Part shown: positions 40,069 to 49,592 of the stretch, piece by piece | Layout: each line of letters begins with the position of its first letter | Position numbering within the stretch: position 1 is the stretch's first letter | DNA from: Fidelibacterota bacterium | GTDB taxonomy: Bacteria > Fidelibacterota > Marinisomatia > Marinisomatales > TCS55 | NCBI GenBank assembly: GCA_046861385.1 | Contig: JBHHTW010000010.1 | Span: 1-60,854 of the forward strand | Length of the DNA: 60,854 bases | Direction: 5' to 3' | The notes under the pieces: generated by a model | Seen by the model: only the letters and a program-made list of their open reading frames with translations | Database searches by the model: none | Told to the model about the DNA's origin: nothing | Program-made: the position numbers and the translations under genes

Positions 40069-41210
40069 TGGCAAAAGCATTTTTAATCGATGGCTGTCGT
40101 TCACCCATTGGCCGGGGACATCCTGAAAAAGGCATCTTTTCAGCCATTCGGGCAGATGAATTATGTGTTCAAGTATTACAATCACTTATTGAAAGAACAA
40201 AACTTAATCCTGAATTGATTGATGATTTCTATCTCGGATGTGTGGGACAGCATTTGGAGCAGGGGAAAAATTTAGCCCGGCTTACCGTATTACTGGCCGG
40301 ATTACCCAATACCATTCCCGGGGCCACTATCAATCGCCTTTGTGCATCCAGTCTCACTGCTTTGCAAATGGCTTCGGATAGTATTAAAACAGAAACCAAT
40401 AATCAATTGCTTGTTGGCGGTGTGGAACATCTGGGTCATGTCCCCATGACAGCTGCCTTAAACTATCATCCCGATCTGTTTAAGGGATACGATCTTCACT
40501 GGACCAATATGGGACTGACAGCAGAAAAATTATCGGAAGATTTCCAAATCAGTAAACAAAAGCAGGATTTGTTTACCATTGAATCCAATCAGCGGTATTT
40601 CGCTGCGAAAGAAGCTGGTTTTCTGGATAAAGAAGTGGTTTCTATTACCCTACCCGATGGCCAGACCGTTGTAGATGACCAGGAACCGCGATTATCATCA
40701 CTGGAATCCCTGGGGAAACTGCGAACGGTATTCAAAGAAAACGGTACCATTACCGCCGCCAACAGTTCCGGAATATCCGATGGGGCGTGTATGGCATGGG
40801 TCGGCAATCAATCTGTCGTTGATCAAGTTGATGAAAATCCTCTGGCCGAAATCGGCCCCACTGTTAATGTGGGTCTTGACCCGGAGACCATGGGACTAGG
40901 ACCTGTTTTTGCCATAAAGAAATTATTAAATAAGACGGGATTAGCTTTAGATGATATCGGTTTATTTGAGATTAATGAAGCATTCGCCGTTCAGGTGTTG
41001 GCCTGCAGAGATGAATTGGGAATCGACCCCAAAAAACTGAATATTCACGGCGGAGCCGTTGCCCTGGGCCATCCTCTTGGAATGTCCGGGCTGAGAATTG
41101 CCGTGACGCTGGCCCACAGCATGATTGAAAAAAATGTACCATATGGTATTGCATCGCTTTGTGTTGGCCACGGTCAGGGTGTTGCCATGCTGCTGAAACG
41201 AAATCCATGA
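40068..41210 (+). CDS. Acetyl-CoA C-acyltransferase (candidate 3-oxopimeloyl-CoA thiolase)
   Basis: NRLCASS, EINEAFA, GHPLG, LCVGHGQG. Confidence 0.9.
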   Translation: MAKAFLIDGCRSPIGRGHPEKGIFSAIRADELCVQVLQSLIERTKLNPELIDDFYLGCVGQHLEQGKNLARLTVLLAGLPNTIPGATINRLCASSLTALQMASDSIKTETNNQLLVGGVEHLGHVPMTAALNYHPDLFKGYDLHWTNMGLTAEKLSEDFQISKQKQDLFTIESNQRYFAAKEAGFLDKEVVSITLPDGQTVVDDQEPRLSSLESLGKLRTVFKENGTITAANSSGISDGACMAWVGNQSVVDQVDENPLAEIGPTVNVGLDPETMGLGPVFAIKKLLNKTGLALDDIGLFEINEAFAVQVLACRDELGIDPKKLNIHGGAVALGHPLGMSGLRIAVTLAHSMIEKNVPYGIASLCVGHGQGVAMLLKRNP

Positions 41211-41265
41211 GATAATGATCTATATTCCTGGAAATCAACGAAATTGATAAATAAATCTGAATACG

Positions 41266-41739
41266 ATGAATTCGGTTAAAATTGAGTTAACTATTAACGG
41301 TTTTAGACGATCTGTGCTGGTGGATCCCCATGAAACCATTTTGGACACATTACGGAACCGATTCCATTTAACCGGGACGAAAAAATGCTGCGATGAAGGA
41401 ACCTGTGGCAGCTGTACCATTCACTTGGATGGCAAACCGGTTTTGGGATGTTTAACACCTACGTTTCGGTGTGTCGGAAAACAAATTGTAACGATTGAAG
41501 GAATCAGTGTAGGAAAGGAATTGCATCCCGTCCAAAAACATCTGGTGAAGGATGGCGGCCTCCAGTGTGGTTTCTGTACTCCTGGAGTGGTCATGACCGC
41601 TGTCCCATATTTAGAAGAAAATCCCAATCCTTCCGTGGATGAAATTAAAGAAAGCCTTTCGGGTAATTTATGCCGATGTACCGGTTATAAAAAAATTATT
41701 GAAGCGGTGAAAGATGCGGCAGAGGAAATGAATCCATGA
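41266..41739 (+). CDS. hcrC: 4-hydroxybenzoyl-CoA reductase gamma (2Fe-2S) subunit
   Basis: CDEGTCGSC, QCGFCTPG, GNLCRCTGY; hcrCAB order. Confidence 0.8.
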   Translation: MNSVKIELTINGFRRSVLVDPHETILDTLRNRFHLTGTKKCCDEGTCGSCTIHLDGKPVLGCLTPTFRCVGKQIVTIEGISVGKELHPVQKHLVKDGGLQCGFCTPGVVMTAVPYLEENPNPSVDEIKESLSGNLCRCTGYKKIIEAVKDAAEEMNP

Positions 41740-44018
41740 GCGGCCCCATCGGAAAACCGACTCCTTACATTGATGCGGTCCAGAAGGTGACCGGGCAGGC
41801 CATGTATACCGACGATTTCCAATTTCCAAATATGCTTTATGTTGGCCTCCTTCGCAGTCCCTACTCCCATGCGAGGATAAAAAATATTGATACCTCAGCC
41901 ATAGCGAATGATCCTTCCGTTGCTGCTGTCGTTGTCGGACAAGATTTACCCGTCTCTTTTGGTGTTCTTCCCATTAGTCCGGATGAAAATGCCATCGCCG
42001 TGGAAAAGGTTCGCTATATCGGGGAAATCGTTGCCGCTGTTGCGGCTGAAACCATTGAGGATGCGAGAGAATCAATCAAAAAAATCAAGGTCGAATACGA
42101 ACCCATTCGCTCTTTTCTCGAGCCGGAAGATTCTCTGGAAGTATGCGATCCGGATGAACAGATTCACAGCCATTCAAAAAATAATAAAAATATTCATAAA
42201 ACAGCAGAACTCCGTTTTAATCACCCCGAAGAAGAAATTGAGTCAGCCCAATACGTCCGCAAAGAAAAATTCAAATTTGCCGGTGTCACCCATGCTTTCA
42301 CCGAGCCCCATTCAACCATCGCCATTTGGAATAGAGACGAAACACTCACCGTAATCAGCGCCACCCAGGTACCTCATTATCTCCATAAAAATTTGGCGAA
42401 AGTGCTGGGTCTTCCCATGCATACGGTTCAGGTAAAAAAACCGGCACTGGGCGGAGGTTTTGGGGGAAAAAGCGACCCATTTGCCCATGAAATCATTACT
42501 GCTTATTTATCGAAAAGAACAAAACGCCCTGTAAAATGCACTTTTTCCCGGGAAGAAGTTTTTTTGGCAAACCATGGGAGGCACCCTACCGAAATTGACA
42601 TGGCCGTCAGCTGCAGTCCCGATGGAAAAATCACCGCTCTGGATACAGATGTAATTATCGATGGCGGCGCCTACGGCAGTTTTGGGGTCGTGACTTCATA
42701 CTATAACGGTGTCTTATTGCAAGGCCCTTATCGAATAGATAAACTGGGATTTAGGACACGGCGGGTCTATACCAATAAACCTCAATGTGGTGCCATGAGG
42801 GGACATGGTGCCGTCAATCCACGGTATGCAGTGGAGGTGGTATTGGATATACTTGCCCATGATTTGAATATGGATCCCTGTGATTTACGGCTGAAAAATT
42901 TTCTGCCTGATAATACCATTACCGTGGGACAATTACGGATTACCAGTAACGGTATTCGGGAATGTTTGGAAACAGTGCGTAAAAAATCCGGCTGGGACCA
43001 GCGGCATGGGAAATTGCCTTATGGCAGAGGATTAGGTGTGGGTTGTGGATTTTTTATCAGTGGGAGCGCTCTTCCCATCATTTGGAATCGTTATCCTCAA
43101 ACGGTGGTTCACGCCAAACTGGATTTTGACGGCCGGATTGTGATGTTCAGCGGTGCCAGCGATATTGGTCAGGGAAGTGATACGATGCTGGTCCAAATTG
43201 CTGCGGAAGAATTGGGTATTTCCATGAACCGCGTTCAGGTGGAAGTGGCAGACACAAAAATCACCCCAATGGATTTGGGAAGCTATTCCAGCCGGGTCAC
43301 TTTTATGGTGGGAAACGCAGCAAAACAGGCTGTTGAAAATATCCGTCTGGAAATGGTTAAAGCCATCTCCAGGGAAAAAGGAGTTCCGTCTGAGGAAATA
43401 TTTTTTAGAAATGAAACCATATACACAAAGAATAATGATTGGACGATTTCCTGGGACGAAGGTGTTGAAATGGCCTTGGCAGGCCGGGGAGCCATTGTAG
43501 AAAGCGGATTTTATATTTCACCCAAGATGGGAGGTAATTTTAAAGGGGCCGGGGCCGGATTAAGCCCTGCCTATAGTTTTGGGGCCTTTATTTCTGAAGT
43601 CATGGTTCAGCCTGATACAGGAAAAGTGCAGGTCGAAAAAATATGGGCCGCCCATGATTGTGGCAAAGCATTAAATCCACTGGCAGTGGAAGGACAAATT
43701 GAGGGCAGCATCCATATGGGGTTGGGTCAGGTCCTTTCTGAAGATATGCGGTATGTCAAAGGACAAATTATGAACCCTAATTTTTTTGATTATCGAATCC
43801 CCACCAGCCTGGATACACCGGAAATGGACGTGACCATTATTGAATCAAATGATCAAGAAGGACCCTATGGTGCCAAAGAAGCAGGCGAAGGACCAATTCA
43901 TCCTGTCCTGCCTTCCATTGGAAACGCTATTTTCGACGCCGTTGGAATCCGAATGACGGCATTACCCATTACACCGGATAAAATATTGGCAAAGTTGAAG
44001 GAAAAGAATAAATCATGA
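41736..44018 (+). CDS. hcrA: 4-hydroxybenzoyl-CoA reductase alpha (molybdopterin) subunit
   Basis: FGVLPI..E..IAVEKVRY, TQVPHY, CGAMRGHG, FFISG, DIGQGS, GSYSSRVTFMVGNA, GAKEAGEG match HcrA-type sequences. Confidence 0.82.
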   Translation: MSGPIGKPTPYIDAVQKVTGQAMYTDDFQFPNMLYVGLLRSPYSHARIKNIDTSAIANDPSVAAVVVGQDLPVSFGVLPISPDENAIAVEKVRYIGEIVAAVAAETIEDARESIKKIKVEYEPIRSFLEPEDSLEVCDPDEQIHSHSKNNKNIHKTAELRFNHPEEEIESAQYVRKEKFKFAGVTHAFTEPHSTIAIWNRDETLTVISATQVPHYLHKNLAKVLGLPMHTVQVKKPALGGGFGGKSDPFAHEIITAYLSKRTKRPVKCTFSREEVFLANHGRHPTEIDMAVSCSPDGKITALDTDVIIDGGAYGSFGVVTSYYNGVLLQGPYRIDKLGFRTRRVYTNKPQCGAMRGHGAVNPRYAVEVVLDILAHDLNMDPCDLRLKNFLPDNTITVGQLRITSNGIRECLETVRKKSGWDQRHGKLPYGRGLGVGCGFFISGSALPIIWNRYPQTVVHAKLDFDGRIVMFSGASDIGQGSDTMLVQIAAEELGISMNRVQVEVADTKITPMDLGSYSSRVTFMVGNAAKQAVENIRLEMVKAISREKGVPSEEIFFRNETIYTKNNDWTISWDEGVEMALAGRGAIVESGFYISPKMGGNFKGAGAGLSPAYSFGAFISEVMVQPDTGKVQVEKIWAAHDCGKALNPLAVEGQIEGSIHMGLGQVLSEDMRYVKGQIMNPNFFDYRIPTSLDTPEMDVTIIESNDQEGPYGAKEAGEGPIHPVLPSIGNAIFDAVGIRMTALPITPDKILAKLKEKNKS

Positions 44019-44941
44019 GTCAATATTTTCGTCCGGCTACTATTAATGAGGCCTTATCCATTGCGTCTGAACAAAAAGGAAAATACACCTATTTTAGCGG
44101 CGGGACTGATTTACAAATTTATCGTAAACAAATGCTTCTGGAAAATGAAACTATTATTGATTTGAACGATATTGTAAACTCTGATTTAATCCATAAAAAT
44201 GGTGATTCCCTTGTCATCAGCGCATTTACTTCCCTTCAAGACATTATTTCATCACCATTAGTTCAGAAACACGTTCCTCTTCTGGCGGAAGCTGCTTTAT
44301 CTGTTGCCACGCCTGTCATTAGGAAAACCGCTACCATTGGAGGAAATTTATTAGTCAATAACCGGTGTACATTTTATAATCAATCACAAGAATGGAGAAA
44401 TTCCATTGGCTCCTGTATGCGGGATGTGGGTGAAATCTGCCAGGTGACCGGGGGAAAAAATAAATGTTTTTCCAGAAACGTATCCGATACGGCTCCTTCA
44501 TTAATCGCGTTGAATGCTGTGGTTACTATTTATAATCAAATGGGGAATAAAGAAACTCCGGTGTTGAATCTATATGCGCCGGACGGAATTCATTTTCACG
44601 ATGGGTTGGAACAAGATGCCATTCTGACTAAGATAACTATTCCCATCCGTCCTCAAAAAACCTGGTTTAAAAAACTCCGCTTGAGAAAAGCGGTGGACTT
44701 TACTTCACTCACCGTTGCAGCGGCTGTTGACAGTTCAAATATGGCGCGGGTTTGCTTGAACGGCATATCCATGTCACCCATCCTGATTGAAAAGTCTCTT
44801 AAAGAACTCACACTGGATCAATTGATCCGCACAGCCAGAAAAAACTGTAAAACAGTAGACAATGATCTCATTCCGTTGAAATATCGTCGGGAAATGATCG
44901 ATGTCTTTTTAAAAGAGTGGTGGGATTCTATTCCAGAATAA
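44015..44941 (+). CDS. hcrB: 4-hydroxybenzoyl-CoA reductase beta (FAD/4Fe-4S) subunit
   Basis: GGTDL; HcrB-type four-Cys insert RCTFYNQSQEWR...C...C...C; LRLRKAVDF. Confidence 0.82.
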   Translation: MSQYFRPATINEALSIASEQKGKYTYFSGGTDLQIYRKQMLLENETIIDLNDIVNSDLIHKNGDSLVISAFTSLQDIISSPLVQKHVPLLAEAALSVATPVIRKTATIGGNLLVNNRCTFYNQSQEWRNSIGSCMRDVGEICQVTGGKNKCFSRNVSDTAPSLIALNAVVTIYNQMGNKETPVLNLYAPDGIHFHDGLEQDAILTKITIPIRPQKTWFKKLRLRKAVDFTSLTVAAAVDSSNMARVCLNGISMSPILIEKSLKELTLDQLIRTARKNCKTVDNDLIPLKYRREMIDVFLKEWWDSIPE

Positions 44942-44998
44942 TAATCATTTTATTGTTTTGTTCGTAACGGAATATTTCCGAACGTCCAAATCAGAACA

Positions 44999-46159
44999 AT
45001 GTTAAAAAAACTTACATTTCTTACAGCCGGTGAATCCCATGGTCGGGGTTTACTGGGAATCCTGGATGGCTGTCCGGCCGGATTGAAGATAACGGAAGAT
45101 TATATCGGTAAAGAATTAATCCGGCGTCAAATGGGTCATGGCCGCGGTGGCCGAATGAAAATTGAAGCAGACAGGGCTGAAATTTGGTGCGGTGTCAGAC
45201 ATGGTCAGACCATTGGCGCTCCTGTGGGGCTTCTTATTCATAATAAAGACTGGGAAAACTGGACCCTGAAAATGTCTGTGGCTCCGGTGGAAAAAACGGT
45301 GAAAAAGGTAACCCTTCCCCGCCCCGGACATGCTGATCTGGCCGGTATTCAAAAATATGGATTTGATGATATTCGAAATGTCCTGGAAAGGTCTTCCGCC
45401 AGGGAAACCACCATGCGGGTTGCCCTAGGATCCATATGCAGAAAATTGTTGGAAGAAGTGGGAATTACTGTGGGAAGCCGGGTCATTCAAATCCACCATA
45501 TCAAAGATGAATCACCTATCCACACCCATATGACACCCGATGAACTCAATGCGGCTGCAGATGCTTCTCCGGTTCGCTGCCTGGATAAATCAGCAGAAGC
45601 AGCCATGATCAATATGATTGATGAAGCAAAAAAGAATGGAGATTCAGTGGGAGGAATGTTCGAAGTGATTGCCTTTGGATTGCCCTATGGATTGGGTACC
45701 CATACCCAATGGAATAAGAAACTACAGGCCAGGATCAGCGGATTAATGATGAGTATTAATGCATTCAAAGGGGTTGAAATTGGAAGCGGTTTTTCCAGTG
45801 GCGAACAATTTGGCAGCGATGTTCATGATGAAATCGGTTGGGATGGCAAACAATATATCCGTTATTCAAATAACGCCGGAGGGATTGAAGGAGGCATGAG
45901 CAATGGTCAGCCTATTTATCTCAGGATGGTAATGAAACCAATTCCCACATTAATAAAGCCCCTTCGATCCGTTGATATTGAAACAAAGAAAAATAAAGAC
46001 GCTCATAAAGAACGGACCGATGCATGTGCGGTCCCGGCAGCATCCATTATTGCTGAAAGTATGCTCTGTTTCTGTCTTGCAGATGCCCTGCTGGAAAAAT
46101 TCGGTGGCGATTCCATGGAACAGTTGATCGCACATATGAACGCCACAGCAAAATATTAA
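44999..46159 (+). CDS. aroC: Chorismate synthase
   Basis: TAGESHG, PRPGHADL, LERSSARET, NNAGGIEGG, MKPIPTL. Confidence 0.97.
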   Translation: MLKKLTFLTAGESHGRGLLGILDGCPAGLKITEDYIGKELIRRQMGHGRGGRMKIEADRAEIWCGVRHGQTIGAPVGLLIHNKDWENWTLKMSVAPVEKTVKKVTLPRPGHADLAGIQKYGFDDIRNVLERSSARETTMRVALGSICRKLLEEVGITVGSRVIQIHHIKDESPIHTHMTPDELNAAADASPVRCLDKSAEAAMINMIDEAKKNGDSVGGMFEVIAFGLPYGLGTHTQWNKKLQARISGLMMSINAFKGVEIGSGFSSGEQFGSDVHDEIGWDGKQYIRYSNNAGGIEGGMSNGQPIYLRMVMKPIPTLIKPLRSVDIETKKNKDAHKERTDACAVPAASIIAESMLCFCLADALLEKFGGDSMEQLIAHMNATAKY

Positions 46160-46237
46160 AACATTATAAAATGTTCATGTGTTTATGTTTTTGTGTTTAT
46201 TTGCTCACCACTATTCTTCAGTTCTAAACTTGAACAT

Positions 46238-46750
46238 ATGAACGTTGGAAATATTTACTTAATTGGCATGATGGGATCGGGAAAGACGACTGTGGGTAAA
46301 CTGTTAGCTGATAAATTGCAAACCGCTTTTATTGACTTAGATGAAATGATAGAAACAAATACCCAAAAGACTGTGCGTGACATATTCGAACAAAATGGTG
46401 AATTACATTTTCGGAAATTGGAATCTGAAACGTTGGTTAATGTAAACCAGAAGAATTCAGTCGTTGCCTGCGGTGGCGGAATCGTTCTGAAAAAGTCTAA
46501 TCGGTCATTCATGCGGTTAACAGGAAAGGTTGTTTTTTTAAATTCATCGATTGATGAGTTGGTTAATCGACTGAAGACAGCTCCGGATCGTCCTTTACTG
46601 AAAGGAGGCCAAGTGAAAGAAAAAATGAACAACATCTGGATAGAACGAAAAAAATATTATAAAGAGACTGCCCATATTACCATAAATGTAGATGGTCAAA
46701 CACCCAAACAAATCACTGAATTAATTATCAAAAGTGGCTATGTTCTATAA
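46238..46750 (+). CDS. aroK: Shikimate kinase
   Basis: GMMGSGKTT, DLD, GELHFR, CGGG, RPLL; ATG at 46238. Confidence 0.95.
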   Translation: MNVGNIYLIGMMGSGKTTVGKLLADKLQTAFIDLDEMIETNTQKTVRDIFEQNGELHFRKLESETLVNVNQKNSVVACGGGIVLKKSNRSFMRLTGKVVFLNSSIDELVNRLKTAPDRPLLKGGQVKEKMNNIWIERKKYYKETAHITINVDGQTPKQITELIIKSGYVL

Positions 46751-46776
46751 ACTTACTGAATTAGACATAATAAAAA

Positions 46777-46931
46777 TATTCAACACCTACGGCGTTGTCG
46801 AACTATTATGATTGGATGTTATAGACATTTGACTCCTAACGGAGTCTATAAATATGAATGGAATCCTGTAGGGATTATATGTCTATAAAGGCACTGAACA
46901 CGGCAAACACGAACTCCATCGGAGTTCAATA
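46777..46931. repeat. Symmetric four-hairpin intergenic repeat (REPIN/BIME-like)
   Basis: Short hairpins at 46781-46797, 46831-46846, 46862-46876 and 46911-46927 arranged as two nested inverted pairs; ttatagacat/atgtctataa perfect inverted arms. Confidence 0.7.
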
Positions 46932-46994
46932 AGGTGGTGTAAACAGCATGCAAATCATTTTATCTTTAAAACATAGCCTCAACAGTCTGAACCG

Positions 46995-48065
46995 ATGAAA
47001 ACAATCCAAGTAAATCTTGACACGCGCTCCTACCCTATCCATATAGAATCCGGACTCATAAAACAGATTTCGACTATTTTGAGCGAGAGAAACCAAGGAC
47101 AAAAATGGGTTATTATTTCACAAAAAGGCATTTTATCCCGTTATGGGACTACGTTGAACGAATTATTATACAATCAAGGATTTGACGCAATTATTCTTGA
47201 GGTCACGACAGGAGAAAAAGCAAAAAGTTTTTCTGAATATCAAAAATTAATATCCCGCATGGTAGCCTCAGGGTGTGACAGGTCAACAACGATTCTTGCC
47301 CTTGGGGGAGGCGTCACCGGTGATTTAGCAGGATTTACTGCCGCAACCTTTATGCGGGGGATTGATTATTATCATATACCCACAACGTTACTTGCCATGG
47401 TGGATTCTTCGATTGGAGGTAAAACAGGAATCAACATTCCTGAAGGGAAAAATTTAGTCGGTTCTATTTATCAACCGAAGGGTGTTTTAATCGATCCGGA
47501 TATGCTCCATTCGCTTCCGGGTAAAGAAAAAGTATCCGGTTTGGGTGAAATCATAAAATATGGCGCAATTTATGATAAAGAATTTTTGATAAATATCTCT
47601 GAGTGGTTGAATCAACCTGACTCATTTCCATTTGAAAAAGCCATCATTCGCTCCTGCCAGATTAAGGCAGATATTGTGGTACAGGATGAACGGGAAGATG
47701 GTTTAAGACGGATTTTGAATTTCGGCCACACAATTGGCCATGCTTTAGAAGCTTATCTGGGATACGGAAAAATCCGCCACGGAGAAGCGGTCTCCCTGGG
47801 CATGGTGTGTGCCGGATGGATTTCCAATCAGTTGGGTCTGTTATCATCGGACGGATATACCCAATTAAAAGAAACCATTCAAAAACTACCGTTGCCTTTG
47901 ATTCAAGATTTAAATAATGAGCACGTTCTTTCCTATGTCAAAAATGATAAGAAAACTGTTTCAGGGAAACTGCATTTTGTTGTCTTGAATGAATTAGGCT
48001 CTGCAAAAACAACCGATGGCGTGTCTGATGATTTAATCATTGAATCGTTAAAGGAAATTCAATGA
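46995..48065 (+). CDS. aroB: 3-dehydroquinate synthase
   Basis: [53 protein letters not shown]. Confidence 0.97.
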   Translation: MKTIQVNLDTRSYPIHIESGLIKQISTILSERNQGQKWVIISQKGILSRYGTTLNELLYNQGFDAIILEVTTGEKAKSFSEYQKLISRMVASGCDRSTTILALGGGVTGDLAGFTAATFMRGIDYYHIPTTLLAMVDSSIGGKTGINIPEGKNLVGSIYQPKGVLIDPDMLHSLPGKEKVSGLGEIIKYGAIYDKEFLINISEWLNQPDSFPFEKAIIRSCQIKADIVVQDEREDGLRRILNFGHTIGHALEAYLGYGKIRHGEAVSLGMVCAGWISNQLGLLSSDGYTQLKETIQKLPLPLIQDLNNEHVLSYVKNDKKTVSGKLHFVVLNELGSAKTTDGVSDDLIIESLKEIQ

Positions 48066-48496
48066 GAATACTGATTATTAATGGACCAAATCTAAATTTA
48101 CTTGGAAAACGTGAACCTGATATTTACGGTTCTGAAACATTATCTGATATTGAATCCTGGTTGGCTGCTACACAGGAAGCAAGTTCACATGATATTGAAT
48201 GGTTTCAGTCCAATCATGAAGGTAAAATCATCGATCGAATTCACGAAGCGATGGAAAATGTTGAAGGAATTATAATAAACCCCGGTGCTTTTACTCACTA
48301 TTCATACGCCATTCGAGATGCGATTGCTTCCTCAAATATTCCTACAGTAGAAGTTCATTTAAGTGATATAGAAGACAGAGAGGCTTTCAGGAAGGTTTCC
48401 GTGATAAAAGATGTATGCATTGATCAGGTTAAAGGGTTGGGGAAAAAAGGTTATTTAAAGGGTTTAAATTTACTGATTCAATTACTTCAAAAATAA
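48062..48496 (+). CDS. aroQ: Type II 3-dehydroquinate dehydratase
   Basis: [38 protein letters not shown]. Confidence 0.97.
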   Translation: MRILIINGPNLNLLGKREPDIYGSETLSDIESWLAATQEASSHDIEWFQSNHEGKIIDRIHEAMENVEGIIINPGAFTHYSYAIRDAIASSNIPTVEVHLSDIEDREAFRKVSVIKDVCIDQVKGLGKKGYLKGLNLLIQLLQK

Positions 48497-48565
48497 AAAA
48501 AACAGATTTATTGATATTTTCATTTGCTCCGTTTTCTACTTAATCTCTACCTTCCCGGTCACATT

Positions 48566-48640
48566 ATGAACATGCGACGCCGACCTAACCATCATCATCG
48601 CCCCTTTACTCAAAGAGGAAGGTCAGGCCGAGCTACATAA
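48566..48640 (+). CDS. hisL: Attenuator leader peptide MNMRRRPNHHHRPFTQRGRSGRAT
   Basis: 24-codon ORF with three tandem His codons (cat cat cat), followed by a terminator and then hisG. Confidence 0.8.
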   Translation: MNMRRRPNHHHRPFTQRGRSGRAT

Positions 48641-48663
48641 TTTTTTAACAAAATATTAAATTC

Positions 48664-48701
48664 AAAAAAGCTCCCCGGCTTTCCCGGGGGGCTTTTTTTT
48701 T
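48664..48701 (+). terminator. Attenuator terminator upstream of hisG
   Basis: aaaaaagctccccgg-ctttc-ccggggggc followed by nine T. Confidence 0.88.
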
Positions 48702-48716
48702 ACATAAAGGTCACAC

Positions 48717-49592
48717 ATGGACAAACAATTAAAAATGGGTTTACCGAAAGGCAGCTTGCAGGAAACAACACTGAAACTGTTGAAAAAAGCAGGGTGGAAT
48801 TTCACTTTATCAAGCAGAGCATATAAGCCCTATTGCGACGATCCGGATTTAGAAGCATGGCTTATCCGGGCACAAGAAATGTCGGTATATGTTGAACAAG
48901 GCGTTTTTGATATGGGCATCACAGGCAAAGATTGGATTGAAGAAAATGAATCGGATGTTGTGGAGGTCTGTGAATTAATATATGCAAAATCCTACATGCG
49001 CCCGGTTCGTTGGGTATTAGCCGTTCCGGAAAAAAGTTCGATTCAATCTGTGAAAGATCTGGAAGGGAAACGAATCAGCACCGAAGTTATCAATATAACA
49101 AAAAAATATTTGTCGAAAAATAAAGTAGACGCTTACGTTGAATTTTCCTGGGGGGCTACAGAAATAAAGCCAGGCATTCTAGTGGATGCCATTGTGGAAG
49201 TTACGGAAACAGGTTCATCCTTAAGAGCAAACAACCTCCGGATTGTGGAAACAGTAATGGAATCAAGCACCCGGTTAATTGCCAATAAGGATTCATATCG
49301 TGATCCATGGAAAAAAATGAAAATTGAAAATATTGCCAGACTGCTCCAAAGCAGTATTATGGCCACAGCCAGAGTCGGGTTAAAAATGAATGTCACCGAT
49401 CAAAACCTGGAATCATTATTGTCTGTCCTCCCTGCCATGAAAAAACCAACCATCAGTCAATTAACCAATGGTTCGGGAGTGGCTGTAGAAATAATCGTGG
49501 AAGAAAAAATTGTACGGGATTTTATTCCATTGTTGATCGAAAGCGGAGCAACAGATATTATTGAATATCCTTTAAACAAAGTGATTCCCTGA
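48717..49592 (+). CDS. hisG: ATP phosphoribosyltransferase (long form)
   Basis: [36 protein letters not shown]-terminal ACT-like domain. Confidence 0.95.
   Translation: MDKQLKMGLPKGSLQETTLKLLKKAGWNFTLSSRAYKPYCDDPDLEAWLIRAQEMSVYVEQGVFDMGITGKDWIEENESDVVEVCELIYAKSYMRPVRWVLAVPEKSSIQSVKDLEGKRISTEVINITKKYLSKNKVDAYVEFSWGATEIKPGILVDAIVEVTETGSSLRANNLRIVETVMESSTRLIANKDSYRDPWKKMKIENIARLLQSSIMATARVGLKMNVTDQNLESLLSVLPAMKKPTISQLTNGSGVAVEIIVEEKIVRDFIPLLIESGATDIIEYPLNKVIP

Noticed and set aside
46751-46994. CRISPR array or tRNA
   Set aside because: Units are inverted rather than direct, irregularly spaced, no cas genes, no cloverleaf.
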